A stretch of DNA of 63,827 nucleotides, filler included, from Lenisia limosa (GCA_001655205.1; 12 parts of 12 records of this genome joined end to end with filler, not necessarily neighbours in it), one strand, 5' to 3'; counted from the whole stretch's first letter, positions 25,507 through 38,659 are shown. The notes: generated by a model not told the origin, from the sequence alone. Program-made: numbers and translations.

Positions 25507-25579
25507 TTATTCAATCAACCAGCATTGACTGTCTTGATTTGTATTTTGGTCAATTTTAGACCCCCCCCCCCTCCTACTG

Positions 25580-28500
25580 ATTTTCTTCATTCGTTGAACA
25601 GAAGACATGACGGACTTCTCATATTCGGAAACGAACAGGTCCTCTGTTTGCATTAGTAACATGCATGTGGTTTATATCTGTTTGCATTAGTAACACGCAT
25701 GTGATATTTTTGCCGTTCCTAGTGAATATGGGATAACATGTGTGTATTTATAATAACGCCTCATTTCACCCCCCACCCCCACCATCAGAGAGAGTGCTGG
25801 TTTTGCCCCAGGACCTTCGCAGGATTTGTACAACTGCCTTTTCAGCCTGGTTACTCCTGAAAACCGTGATTGGGGGGGGGGGAGTAAAATTGGAAAATGA
25901 AGGAAATTTCGATGAAGAANNNNNNNNNNNNNNNNNNNNNNNNNNNNNNNNNNNNNNNNNNNNNNNNNNNNNNNNNNNNNNNNNNNNNNNNNNNNNNNNN
26001 NNNNNNNNNNNNNNNNNNNNNNNNNNNNNNNNNNNNNNNNNNNNNNNNNNNNNNNNNNNNNNNNNNNNNNNNNNNNNNNNNNNNNNNNTCGAGTATAATC
26101 ACTTTATTTCCAAAATTGATTTTGCTTGATTTCAGTCAAATTCCAGTCAAATTTTGAAATTAAGTGATAATAACTCAAGGCTACCATCATATATTTTTGA
26201 GGAAAAGTTCATGAAACTATGTGGGGGTGAAAAACCCGACAAGGGGGAAACCTCGACACGCTTCTGCAGCACNNNNNNNNNNNNNNNNNNNNNNNNNNNN
26301 NNNNNNNNNNNNNNNNNNNNNNNNNNNNNNNNNNNNNNNNNNNNNNNNNNNNNNNNNNNNNNNNNNNNNNNNNNNNNNNNNNNNNNNNNNNNNNNNNNNN
26401 NNNNNNNNNNNNNNNNNNNNNNNNNNNNNNNNGAAAAGGGGAAAGGGTGAAGAGAGCTGACAGAAAAAGAAGGGGGAGGGAGAAAAGATGAAGAAACGAG
26501 CGATTTCAGAATGAGTGAATAAGAGTGAAACTGGTTTAAAAGAGGGATAAAATATTGAAAAAGAGACAAGAGGAGAGAGAGAGAGATATCCAAATACAAT
26601 ATATAGTGAAAAAGAGAAAGAAGAAGGCAAACAACACCTGCACACCTCACGGTGAAGCCCTTCCATCTGTCATTCCACTCTCTTTTGTCTTTCGAAGTCA
26701 TTGTAGCTAAAATGTTTAAAGTAAAAATATCTTTTATTGAAATAATATTTCTTGTTCAAAAAATATTGGCAACAATCATACTTAGGTCTTCCCTATGGTC
26801 CCAAAAAATAATGATTTTGTCGATAAATCCTCGATAAATCCCCGATATTTATCGAGGATTTTGCCGGTCTTTTTTGAACTGTAGGAAAGCCTAAATACTA
26901 CACCGTATCACATCTGAATACCACATAGAAGCCAAAAAGATCAGCTTCAATAAAAGTAGTAATAAAGAAAGGGCTAAGTATGTTTTATTTTTTATTAGAG
27001 AGGCCTTCACTTCGGTTCAAAAAAGTGGTAAAATATCGATAATTTTCGAAGATGTATCGAGAAATTCAGTCTTTTTTTCGAACCGAAGTGAAGCTCGAGG
27101 TAACACCCATCAGCCCACTGTTCTTTGGAATTGGATGGCTTGAAGTCTGCGCGCGTCTGAGGCGTTAGACGTAATATAAATAAAGAAAACAACAAAATAC
27201 TGTCCACAAGCAATATGAGATATCATGTCGCTCTCAGGGTCATTTTGACACGTGTGAAGTATCTTTACATGGGTTTAAATAACCCAAAATGATATGTACA
27301 AGTAGGAGAAACATCACCAAACTTGGGGGAATGTTGAAAATTGCCGGATAAATATATAGCAATGGAAAATTAAAAAAAAAAAAGGTTGCATCCCTTGCAT
27401 CACATAATTGACAATGAAGAAAGCGAGAAAATGAAGTTTCAGAATATTGGGTTCGNNNNNNNNNNNNNNNNNNNNNNNNNNNNNNNNNNNNNNNNNNNNN
27501 NNNNNNNNNNNNNNNNNNNNNNNNNNNNNNNNNNNNNNNNNNNNNNNNNNNNNNNNNNNNNNNNNNNNNNNNNNNNNNNNNNNNNNNNNNNNNNNNNNNT
27601 GGTGTTTTTCGGGGTGCTTCTTTGATGCGTCGGAGGGTAAAAGATTTCATCCGCTGCCGGCCGGCCTGGGTCCGCATAAGGCCCTGCGGGATGCGGTGCC
27701 ATTTTGATAGCTGATCTTGGCCGGTCATCATCGTAGAAGCTGTGGGGATTGTGAAAGTCTTCTTGGCTCGGTTCAGCATATTTATCTGCAAACGAGGCCT
27801 GCTGATGAACATCTAGACGATCTTGATGATCTTGATGATAATAGAGATCTTGAAATTCATCTTCGTCAATTGTCTCAGCATGTTCCGAAGGGATTGAAGG
27901 TCGGACCAAAGAGTGACGTGGCTGCCCGGTATGGTGAGAAATTACGGTATAAGAAGGCCTCTCGTAGGAAGCTATCGGGACGGAATCGGGATTATTATAC
28001 TCAGTTTGCGGCGGCGTGCTGATTTGGCGTGGCGATGGCGCTTTAATACGCCCTTGGAGATATTGCGAAGAAGGCTGGTGGAAGGAAAGGGGGGACTTTG
28101 AGGGGTCGGAAGAGCTACTAAACGAAGATGATTTGACGAATTTCGGAGAGTGTTCTTTTGGCGATGGCTGGGATTCTCCAGAAGGGGATGGTGTGGAAGG
28201 AGACTTGCCATATTCGCGATAGGGCGAGACTGGGGGCGGTTTTTCAACCATTTCCGACGGCTTTGGNNNNNNNNNNNNNNNNNNNNNNNNNNNNNNNNNN
28301 NNNNNNNNNNNNNNNNNNNNNNNNNNNNNNNNNNNNNNNNNNNNNNNNNNNNNNNNNNNNNNNNNNNNNNNNNNNNNNNNNNNNAGCTGCTCATCAGGGT
28401 TGGGGCTTGGCTGGAGGAAGAGAGGTGGCGGCGGCGGGTCACTCTTGTCCGACTCTATGCTTCCACACAAGTGGGCTTCTACAGAGGTAAAACTCAGAGG

Positions 28501-30082
28501 CAGCAAGAATAATCCTTTTTGCTCCAAAAAGAGCTTGTCCTCATTAGGGCTTCTCAACGGTCTGAAAAAGAGCGGTCAAATATCGATATTTATCAAGGAT
28601 TTATCGAGATATTCAGTCTTTTTTGGGACCGTAGGGAAGCTCTAGAGGTGATACTTGGAGGCAGCAAAAATTATCCATCATGCGGAGGATATAAACGTCT
28701 TTCAAAATAACAAGTGAAGTTCTCACACCAATATCTCCAGGAAAAAGACCGTCAAAATATCAATATTTATCAGGGATTTATCGAGAAATTCAGGACCGTA
28801 GGGAAGCCTTGCCAATATCCCTAGAGACTCACCTGGAGGGGGACTGAGGTAGGGGGAGGGGTGCGCTGAGTATGCAGGGGAGGACGGGTCGATATCGACA
28901 GGACTTGATTGACTAAAATGTTAATAGAGTTATTGAGGTACTACAATGTTAATAGAGTTATTGAGTTAATACGGAGCTCTGATTGTTTCCTCGTTTGTCG
29001 GTTTCTCCTTCGGAAACGTGATGGTGTGGACTGATTTGGTCTAATACTCTTTCCTCTTTCCTCCAACCCAATCCCCCCGTGGGAGGAGGAATTATTGAGT
29101 TAAGTGTCAATAGGGGTTACTTACAGATTATAGAAAACTGTGCATACTGAGTTGTAATGCAAATTCTTGGGTGAATGTTACTAAGGATTCACTTCGGTCC
29201 GAAGATAACCGGTAATATATCGATAGTTTTCGAGGATTTATCGGGAATTTTTTCGAACCGAAGTGAAGCCCTACCTGTAAGTGATGGTGTGGACAGATAC
29301 ACCCTTGTTTTCTTTCAATTTTCTTTCATAGGCCCTTCTTGCATGCGTTAGCAATCCCTGCTCCCCTCATACTTTGGTGGTAGTAAATACACCACTTCAC
29401 TTCGGTTCGAAAAAAGACGGAATTTCCCGATAAATCCTCGAAATTATCGATATTTTACCGGTATTTTTCGAACCGAAGTGAAACCCTACATACCCCCATA
29501 ATATTTCGGTGAGAGTACCCCCTCATACTGTGGTGAGAGTACGTTTGAGTTTCCCCATACGGTGGGGGGCTGCACGACATGATTCTGAGGCTGTATCACA
29601 CTACAAAGTGAAAGGGCTGTGCCACACTACAAAGTGAACGGGCTGTATCACACTAGGAGTATTGGAAAGTAAAACACAACGGAGTAGTAGGAGTATAAAT
29701 CCTAAAAATCCCTTTTTACTCTTTTAATCGCCCATAAACCTTCCCCGTCTTTTGGTGCTTCGACTTTGAGAGGGATATTCCTTCAATAACACCCAAACAA
29801 AAACCAAATATCATTATTATGATCAATGACACCTTTAGCTCCCCGATATTCCCAGATACTTCAAAAACCCATTTCTCTGAACCTGAAGGCATTAACGCGC
29901 CAATTTCAAAGTTAGAGCAGAATAGAGCAAAATGCGACTAACATGCCAAATCTCCCAACTTTAGAACATCAAAGTATCGCATACTCGTTGTTGATGAATA
30001 GTCCAGGACGAGGTTCCGAGTCGTCGTAATCAAACGGGTGATAAGAAGGCTGAGAGCAAGACTTCGGTAAGCCGCTATCCAT
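25580..30082 (-). CDS. Large Pro/Ser-rich hypothetical protein, multi-exon
   Basis: Putative ATG at 30082 (MDSGLPKSCSQPSYHPFDYDDSEPRPGLFINNE|gt). There is a long open exon inside ORF 27439-28557, and linked exons SNQAEKAVVQILRRSWGKTSTLSD|EDLFVSEYEKSVMSSVQRMKKI. No family recognised. Confidence 0.55.
26783..26893. mobile_element. MITE subfamily B copy (TIR GGGCTTCCCTACGGTCCCAAAA)
   Basis: Runs ta|ggtcttccctatggtcccaaaa...gaactgtaggaaagcc|ta, with the same internal ATATCGAT/GATTTATCGA core as family A. Confidence 0.75.
27001..27096. mobile_element. MITE family A copy
   Basis: Runs ggccttcacttcggttc...cgaaccgaagtgaagctc. Confidence 0.8.
28545..28644. mobile_element. MITE subfamily B copy (partial second copy at ~28738-28809)
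   Basis: Runs ta|gggcttctcaacggtc...ttttgggaccgtagggaagctc|ta. Confidence 0.8.
29182..29488. mobile_element. Two MITE family A copies (29182-29273 and ~29395-29488)
   Basis: Both carry ttcacttcggt...accgaagtgaa TIRs and end in ccc|ta. Confidence 0.8.
29588..29655. repeat. 26-bp tandem repeat x~2.6
   Basis: Unit is gggctgtatcacactacaaagtgaa(a/c). Confidence 0.8.
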
Positions 30083-30471
30083 TGTGTCGAGGGGTCAACA
30101 AACTCTGTTGCTATTAAAGTTATGTCTATGTTATACTAACATAATTACGATAAAGGGTGTCCAAAGAGGCACTTGTGGGGAGGATACGAAAAATGACAAC
30201 CGCATACCTAACGTCTTCGGTTAATTTTCACTTGATTAAGCTCGTATCGTAAATAGTACTCAAAAGCTCATAATTTAAAAATATTTGGGAACAGAGGCGG
30301 AGATATTTTGCGGTTTCGCTCGATTTTTCGATATTTTGAAAAGTTAAAAACCAATGGGGAAAAAAATCCTCCTCTTTACCTTGGAATCACGCTAATACTG
30401 ACTGTATTCCATATAAATAAACTTAGTTTTTTGAAAGGCTCCTTAGTCAGGAATCAGCTTTTTACTCCACC

Positions 30472-30710
30472 ATGAAACTTGACGTTGGCGTTCTTCGCTA
30501 TCTTACTTCAGATGATTTCAGAGTGCTTACCGCAATCGAAATGGGTTAGGAGGATTTCCCACCAGATCACTTTCAATATCTGCTCTTATTCACTCTTTAA
30601 CGCTCCTTCTAGGTATGAAGAACCATGATCTTGTTCCTGCTGAACTTGTGGCTACCATTTCATCTCGCAAACACTCCTCAGTATACAGAACCCTCAGAGA
30701 TCTTCACAAG
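30472..30710 (+). CDS. RIO2: RIO2 atypical kinase, first two exons (winged-helix N-terminus); remainder not found on this scaffold
   Basis: MKLDVGVLRYLTSDDFRVLTAIEM|GMKNHDLVPAELVATISSRKHSSVYRTLRDLHK matches the RIO2 N-terminus (LRYL..DDFRVLTAVEMGMKNHE.VP). Confidence 0.9.
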
Positions 30711-31599
30711 GTGAGGGAGCCTCATGGCCTTGTGCGCAACACTGGGTATTTTGCCCTCGTTTAATTTGAGAAGAAAGGGTTTTTCTCTCCAGCTATGGTT
30801 TGGCTTTTGAATTATATCATTGTGATTCTTCAACTTTACGCATTGTATGAGGTCAAAAGTTTTGACCGACATAATTATTATCCTATCCTATTGATAAAGA
30901 CTGCCGCAATTGTAGGCTTCATACTTCTCAGATTTCTCACCCGTCTCACACTTTAGCACAAATTGGTCTGGCACACTTCCAAACCTTGTTTGCTGGGAAA
31001 AGCTGAATTGGTTACCTTCCTATTCACATTTCTGCATCAGATTCAGACACTTGGATTCAAACTTTCTAAATTGTGAATACTCTTGGAAGTTCCCAGAGCG
31101 GAATTCTTCTAAGAAAATACCTTCCACCCCCACTATAGAGGTGATATCAGCCCAACATTACATTTTGTTTCTGTATTCTTCAAACCCTTGTGAGCTTTTA
31201 TTGTTGGAATAATATCATTCTATCATCCAATATCTTTTAGAAGAATGATGGTGTGGACAGCTTCAGTCAGATACAACCTTGTTTTATTTCTCATCTCTGT
31301 ATTATATGTTAAATAGCATTTCTCCACAAAATTATNNNNNNNNNNNNNNNNNNNNNNNNNNNNNNNNNNNNNNNNNNNNTTAATTAATTAANNNNNNNNN
31401 NNNNNNNNNNNNNNNNNNNNNNNNNNNNNNNNNNNACTCCAACTAGCACCGCATCCCCTCCAAGGGGGGGGGGTATTATGGTGGTGATTAAAGACAATTG
31501 GTTCGAGTACGTTCAGAATATCCCAATTCAAAGAAAACAGCATTCAAAAGACCGCATTTAGCATTCGAATATTGCCAGAAATGATATGAAGAGGCCAGG

Positions 31600-33260
31600 C
31601 CGACCTGGGGTGCGGGGACATCAGTGAAGGCGGGCAGACGGCCAGNNNNNNNNNNNNNNNNNNNNNNNNNNNNNNNNNNNNNNNNNNNNNNNNNNNNNNN
31701 NNNNNNNNNNNNNNNNNNNNNNNNNNNNNNNNNNNNNNNNNNNNNNNNNNNNNNNNNNNNNNNNNNNNNNNNNNNNNNNNNNNNNNNNNNNNNNNNNNNN
31801 NNNNNNNNNNNNNNNNNNNNNNNNNNNNNNNNNNNNNNNNNNNNNNNNNNNNNNNNNNNNNNNNNNNNNNNCCAAAACCAAACATTTGGTTCTTTTGGCA
31901 AATTAGACATGTTGGATCCAAAAAAAACAGTTAAAAAAAGCTACAGCTCATCAAAGAGAAATGGAGAAAGTGGCATGATCACCATTGTCCAATACTGATG
32001 TTATACTTCCAAAAAGAGCAGAATTTCAACATTTGAAGGAATATATGATTCAAAATGTCCCTCAAACCGACAAAACGATGGCAGAAAGTGGGGGCAACCA
32101 TGTAGGCGGCAAAGTAGCCAGTGAAGCTAAGGTGTCAGGAAAATCANNNNNNNNNNNNNNNNNNNNNNNNNNNNNNNNNNNNNNNNNNNNNNNNNNNNNN
32201 NNNNNNNNNNNNNNNNNNNNNNNNNNNNNNNNNNNNNNNNNNNNNNNNNNNNNNNNNNNNNNNNNNCAATCCAGCCTGGGCTCCAGCAACAAGGAAACGG
32301 ACGGTGAGAGATGGCTCACGGACCTTCAACCCTAGAAAGTCGGGATATTGCGAAATAGAATATGTTCATCAGAGAGAAAGGAGTGGTGATTACTATTACT
32401 GAAGTCATTCTGCAGCTTACACGCGAGGAGATGCATGCGCTCGTTTTCAGCCTCCTGGAGAAGAGAGTTGATCCATCCATAGTCGCGAGACATCTGACGG
32501 AGAGAGCGGAGATGACGATGGACACCGGCAACCTGAGACAATGATACATGCCCACAACAATGCAATCGTTTGCTAATGAGGCTGTCCACGCTCTAACCAT
32601 TCCAGGAACACCAGCAACAGTCTCCAAGAAGATGAAGCGGGTAGTGTACTGACGCTCATTGGGGTTGGTACCAGTGAAAATGTCAGAGAGCTTACGGAGT
32701 CCCCTGTTTAGCGGTTAGTAATGTAATATCGCGACAATAAAGGGTTGGCAAAGAGGCAAGGCTTGGAGAGAATGAGTTTCCTTGATCATCTTTCCCCGCC
32801 CCACTGAACAGCCTTGTGGGCAAGGCGGTCAGTAAGGTTCTCAGTAGGGCGGTGAGTGATCGTAACGCCCTCAAGTTCCTCTAAAAGAGATTAATAAGCA
32901 AAAAATTAAAAGAATGCTGTTAAGCAATCCTCCAAATCGCCCCTTTGTGCCTTTTCTTCACATAACCCAGCAAATAACACATTCCTTACCCCTAGAATAG
33001 ACAGGGTACTTGAGAAGGTAGCCATCAACAAATTTCTCAGCCACATGGAAGTGAGTACCAGTTACATCAGACAAACGGCGAGCTAAAAACTGTTACTCTC
33101 TATTCACCAAAATGAGGGTACCCAATGTGTTCTTAATAATAATACTATAGACAATAAGATCCACCATACTGAGTCCAATGGAGCAAGGAGTGACAAGAGT
33201 TGAAACCCTGGGGGCCATCATCCCAGCAAGGGAGCGTGCAGTTTGTGCAAAGAGTGCCAT
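31600..33260 (-). CDS. AOX: Alternative oxidase with N-terminal mitochondrial-type presequence; 3' end in gaps
   Basis: Reads [36 protein letters not shown]...; [14 protein letters not shown]|[44 protein letters not shown]; [13 protein letters not shown]. The LETVA and ENERMHL diiron motifs are present. Confidence 0.95.
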
Positions 33261-33475
33261 AGTTATATATAACCTCTATTAAGTGTCTTTTTTCAGGAAA
33301 AAATTTTGTGAAAAAGGAAAAATAGTGACAAAATTGACACTCCCTTTTCACTAAATACACAAAAATCTGAATTGTGAAAACCCATCGTGTTTTCAATACC
33401 CATAAGAATATAGTGGTATCAGAATAAGAAGCGCTTTCTACAAAAAATAGGTGTTTTTACTCCGAGAGATTAGAT

Positions 33476-36400
33476 ATGATTCGCCCATTACTGCTCTGCC
33501 TCCTTCTTGCCTTGGTGTATGCCAACGCTACCCCAGAGGATCCCCTTGTTTGGCTAGCTGGCGTCGCTAAACCACCTCCATCTACCACCCACCTCACCTT
33601 CAGATGTTTCACAGTGAGCGTTGTAAGTTGAACATATCTGTGTTCAGCAGCAAATCATTGTACTAACCCGGCTTTCCTTCCAGGCTGATGATGCAACAGT
33701 TGTTGTCAAGCCCGGATCCAAGGCCAATACCTTCGATGCCACCGTTTCTTTCACTGCTGTTCCAATTGACAAGGTGAGTGTTTTTGCTCCGCTCTTTCCC
33801 CCTAACGCGCCAGAAGAAGAAGTCGTGCTTTGAACCCATTCTACTGACTATTCCGGAGCAGTTCTCTGCCAACATCATGGTGTTCCCTGGTCGTTATGAC
33901 TGTAGGTTCTCAACATTTTGACTTATCGCTGGACACCCTTTGACAGAGCTAACCATCACAGACGGATTCGAAGGCATTTCCAACACAACTGTTGACTTCA
34001 TTAATAAGAAAGGAATCACTGTAAGTAACGGCTGTTATAAGCTTTGCTGGATCTCATTAATACTGTCGGTGACCTCGCAGATCTACAACGTCAATGATCA
34101 CTACCTTGATGACGTTTGGGAAATCACTGAAGTTCTCAACCTCTTCACCAAGTCCGAGCAAAACCTCCAGGTATTGAGATGATCTTGTGATTAATTTAAC
34201 CCCCAGAACAACATGAGCTTCATGAAGGAGAAGATTGGCATGAAGTTTGATGAACGTTTTGGAAAGTATGTAGCAATTGTTATAAAGCATGTATTAATAT
34301 GATAGTGTTCCAAATGCAGGTTTGTGTATATTGCTACAGTATTGACCCTTTTAGCTACATTCCTGACCTCCCGAAGGACTACATCCAGCCCGGAGGTTTG
34401 TCACGCAATTTTACTGCTTTTCTTTTTTGTTTGCTGTAGCGAATATCAGGTTTACAGTCCTCTACCACACTTAAAATCTTGTCAATAGTGTTGTGACTTT
34501 CCCTATCCCATTTTTGAGTTTGTAGATGCTCTGACCGTTGCCTCCTTCATGGGCATCAATACCGTCATGTTTTGGGTCACCGGAGGGCGCAGTGAACATG
34601 CTGCTATCTTCTTGAACGTGGGGGGGGGGGACTTTGATTTTGCACTCCAATGAGCATAGTGAGAAGTATGGAAATGATTGTCTTGCCTTCCTTTATACCA
34701 TCTAACAGATCATTAGATCAATGAGACCCTCTGTGTTGTGGAATCGTCCAACTCCCCTGGCCGTGACGGTACTGTCATTACACCATGGGAGCAATGGTGG
34801 ACCGATAGAATTCGTGGGGGGAACATTGGGATTGGTCCAAAATACCAATCTTGTTTTTTGAACGAAGGTTAGTATCATGCACCTAGAAACGGGCAACCCA
34901 ATGGCCATGCAAGTATCTCTCCTGAAGCTGTCCCCCGAAGCACGTGCTCGATTCGACCATGACAAGGCCATCGCTAGTCTCGACACTTTCAAGGGTGTGT
35001 GAGGTTTCAACATGTTATTCAATTTTCAGAATATCTTCTCCACATTCCACAGCGTCATGAGATTAAGCATTGAAATATCAAAACGTTATTTTTCATCGGG
35101 AAACACAAACCTGTACCCGCAATTTTGATTGTATATTATATTATATGAACAGATACCCTATTATGGTACCTAAGATGGCCTTGATACGAGATATAGAGAC
35201 CTTGTCCATTTCAAAGCCTCCCTCATGATTATGCCCTTTCACGATGAAACCAAATATCACATATAGTATATATATCATCGTCATAGATGAGCCGTATGGG
35301 TCAGAGGCTATGTTCTACAGCGCCATCGACACCCCCAACAGCAACCTCCCCGGTATGTCCATGTCTCAATTCTCTCTAGTTTTACATCCATAACCTATAG
35401 GAAGATGTTTCATGCCCTCAGTTGATATTGAGCTTCTTTTTTTTTTTGACATAATTATTTCATAAATTTTCCAATTTACTCCCCCTCAGAGCCCTTCAAT
35501 GCTGACGTTATGACGCAGCTCCTGGCCATTCTGCATGGCATGGTGCCCCCCATTGTCGATTCCCTTGTCTCTAAGGGGCTCAATAAGCGTGGGGGAGGTT
35601 GACCATCAAATTTTTAAGGAACCACAGTATAAGGCTTCTTGTTTGTGAAATTTGACCGAATACTTACAACACATAGCTACAGTTTTATGATATCTTGATA
35701 TTGAGACGTGTTGTTGGGCGAAATGTTGTACCTTTATCCTTTGTGTCAAATTTTCTTCTCACTACATCGAATATTGGCATGATATGACATTATATTCACC
35801 AAGTACTTGGGTATTTTGACAGAAATAACCTCACAGGCATGGGTAACGAAGCGCTTGACTGGGACTATTCACGCTGTGTCATGGAGGCTGAGAAGAGAGG
35901 CATGACCGTTATGGAGGTCATGGCTATTCCCGAGAGAGACGAATGGACTTACCAAGGTTGCCTCCTTTTGATAATTATGACTTGACTAACTCACCTCCTC
36001 CACAACCTAACCCGCCAAAGGAAGACGCTCCATTGTGTGCAGTACCCTTGTTTCAACCATTCACAAGGAGGCGGGTGTGTACGGCGATATTGAGTAAGGG
36101 GGGGGGGGGTTATANNNNNNNNNNNNNNNNNNNNNNNNNNNNNNNNNNNNNNNNNNNNNNNNNNNNNNNNNNNNNNNNNNNNNNNNNNNNNNNNNNNNNN
36201 NNNNNNNNNNNNNNNNNNNNNNNNNNNNNNNNNNNNNNNNNGTATACCCTTACAGGTCCAACAAACATCTTCACTGCAATATTTGTATTATCTTGACTAC
36301 CTAGTTTGAATGCCAAGGAATTCAACCCCAAGGACATTTATCAGATTGACGTATGGGATAAGAGCGAGCGTCCCAAGGTAAAAAGGGCTATCTTCGCATT

Positions 36401-37158
36401 GGTCATGCCGAGTAAACTTTTAACTCTTATGGTATCACACCACCCCCCCTTTTTTTGTAATTTTATTAATTTGGCTCTTGTTACCACTGTATTGAATGAA
36501 GGAAGATGTTTACTCAGGGCTTCCAAATAAGACTGTATTTATCGATAAATCTTCGAAAATTATCGATATTTTACCAGTATTTTTCGATGTGTATTTTCAT
36601 ATTTTGTATTTTCATTACCCTTTGCTCACCCCCAAGGAATGCCATATGGCGGGGGNNNNNNNNNNNNNNNNNNNNNNNNNNNNNNNNNNNNNNNNNNNNN
36701 NNNNNNNNNNNNNNNNNNNNNNNNNNNNNNNNNNNNNNNNNNNNNNNNNNNNNNNNNNNNNNNNNNNNNNNNNNNNNNNNNNNNNNNNNNNNNNNNNNNN
36801 NNNNNNNNNNNNNNNCTCAATTGCTGCATGTTTGGACATGGATGGTCCTCATATGGACGCCACTATTTGCGTGACCTTCTTTTCTCTTCATATTATAATA
36901 GTAACAACTCTCCCTCTTCCTGACGGTTCAGACATTCACTACCTCCCTGGATGGTCAAGTGTTCCTATTTACGCCCATATGAACGACCGCTGCCCGGTAT
37001 GCGCGTGGACCCTTATTTCCTCCCTGACGTCATCCCTCCAATCTTCTTTTACTCTCCATTCTCACGGATCCCAGAAATCTTCCTTTACTCCATTCTCAGA
37101 TCGTAAACCATCATTTGCTGCTCAGATAGTTGACCATCTCATACATATTTGCCGCTGA
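33476..37158 (+). CDS. Secreted protein of an uncharacterised eukaryotic family (permuted papain-like/C92 amidase-related by inference)
   Basis: Signal peptide MIRPLLLCLLLALVYANA, followed by about 14 phase-consistent exons. These include FWVTGGRSEHAAIFLN..LCVVES, EPYGSEAMFYSAIDTPNSNLP, EFNPKDIYQIDVWDKSERP and LPGWSSVPIYAHMNDRCP. They resemble a plant/amoebozoan/ciliate family I recall (WVTG..GHSAV, PYGYHN..FSWIDT). The 3' end is approximate. Confidence 0.65.
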
Positions 37159-37199
37159 TACATCCCTTATTCTTCTCTTTTTTTACTGTTGAAATCTGG

Positions 37200-38355
37200 C
37201 CAAACACCCCACTTACTAACATGATTAGTCCACACCAGTTGATGACTACTTCCGCCCGGATAATTGCTAGGCGGCCCCGTAGATTCTTCCATGCACCTGT
37301 TTCCCCATGTCTTACTGGGTGTGGGGGTAGGGTATAGGAGGATGGAAGAACAGTAGTAAGAAAAGGGAGCCAAAAGCCAGATTGGGTGGGGGGGGGAGAT
37401 TTGAAACAAAAAACCTTAATAATAACATAAAGAAATCTCTTTGGTTTAACCATTGAACTGGAGCACCTGAATGTGCGATGGTTTGCCCTTGATCTTGCAG
37501 TGTGTTGAAGGGGCTCATTGTGGGAGACAGTCTATCCAATCCTGAGGAAATGAGGAATTTGTTTATGACATATTATATCATACGTGATATAATATATCGA
37601 TATATAATATAATATTGTATTGTATAAAACACATGCAGCAAAATGGACCAAGGTTTTAGTACTTACAAACCTGTATAAGGTCATCGTAGACGGAATTGTC
37701 CTCTGGAGTGGGATGCAATGTCAGTAAAACTTCAAGGAGAGCTCTGAAGTACAATTAAGGGCTTTCTTGGGGCATTGAGGGTTTTGAAGGGGAATTAAAA
37801 CAGATTTACAAACATAATACAGACACATGAATAGTTTAGAGTATATCATTAATATTCTCATTTCGATAAATCTAGACACGTTTCCGTTTTCCGTGTGAGC
37901 AGCCTAGCATACGTTTCATCGTAGGACTTCTGCGCAATAATGATGGACCTCGAAACCCCCGCTCCGGGGTAGTGTAGCATATGACACAGACACTTCACTG
38001 CCATTCCACAACCTCTGGCATGGGATGAAGTGAGTCAACAAATACTGAGGAAATTGAAGGAATAAGAGCTAATGCTGCTGCTGTTATAAACACACTCACA
38101 GCTTACCGAAAATAGCCCACACACTCCTTTTCGCGCTCGTTTGGAATAATGAAAAGGGCCAAACCGCCTGAAATTATCAAAGTTTTCAAACGCTGTATCA
38201 AGTTACAAATTTTCGCTCTTCCCCCCCGCCCCACACCCTCAACAAGCAAACACTCGGCAGCAACAACAAAGCCCTCCAGGCCGCCAAACTCCTCGTGGTA
38301 GCCTCGGCACTTCTCGCGGTCGGAGGGCGGCACTCGTGATGTCTGTTCATCAGAC
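37200..38355 (-). CDS. Hypothetical multi-exon protein fragment
   Basis: AG/GT-bounded open exons SDEQTSRVPPSDREKCRGYHEEFGGLEGFVVAAECLLVE, RLWNGSEVSVSYATLPRSGVSRSIIIAQKSYDETYARLLTRKTE and ALLEVLLTLHPTPEDNSVYDDLIQ. Confidence 0.5.
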
Positions 38356-38659
38356 TAGGGGGGGGGTAAAATGGAAAATGTATGAAATCAAAACAGACCC
38401 AAATCAACTCTGTTGTCTACGAGGGTTGAAAACAATAAACAAACAAAGTCCAGGCCAGTCGCTTCNNNNNNNNNNNNNNNNNNNNNNNNNNNNNNNNNNN
38501 NNNNNNNNNTTAATTAATTAANNNNNNNNNNNNNNNNNNNNNNNNNNNNNNNNNNNNNNNNNNNNGGGGAGAGGGTGGGAATACAAGTTTTTCGAAAAAG
38601 ATCGATAATATAACCTATTTTTCGAAGATTTATCAAGAAATTCAAAAATTTTCAGATCG

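Noticed and set aside
25790-25865. Plus-strand exon ESAGFAPGPSQDLYNCLFSLVTPEN
   Set aside because: The minus-strand reading has canonical borders and joins in phase with the next minus exon, so I preferred that.
32405-32440. Apparent non-canonical donor in AOX after MHLL
   Set aside because: Using t|gtaagc and tag|gg gives TGG (Trp) and an in-frame LKVREP with canonical GT-AG.
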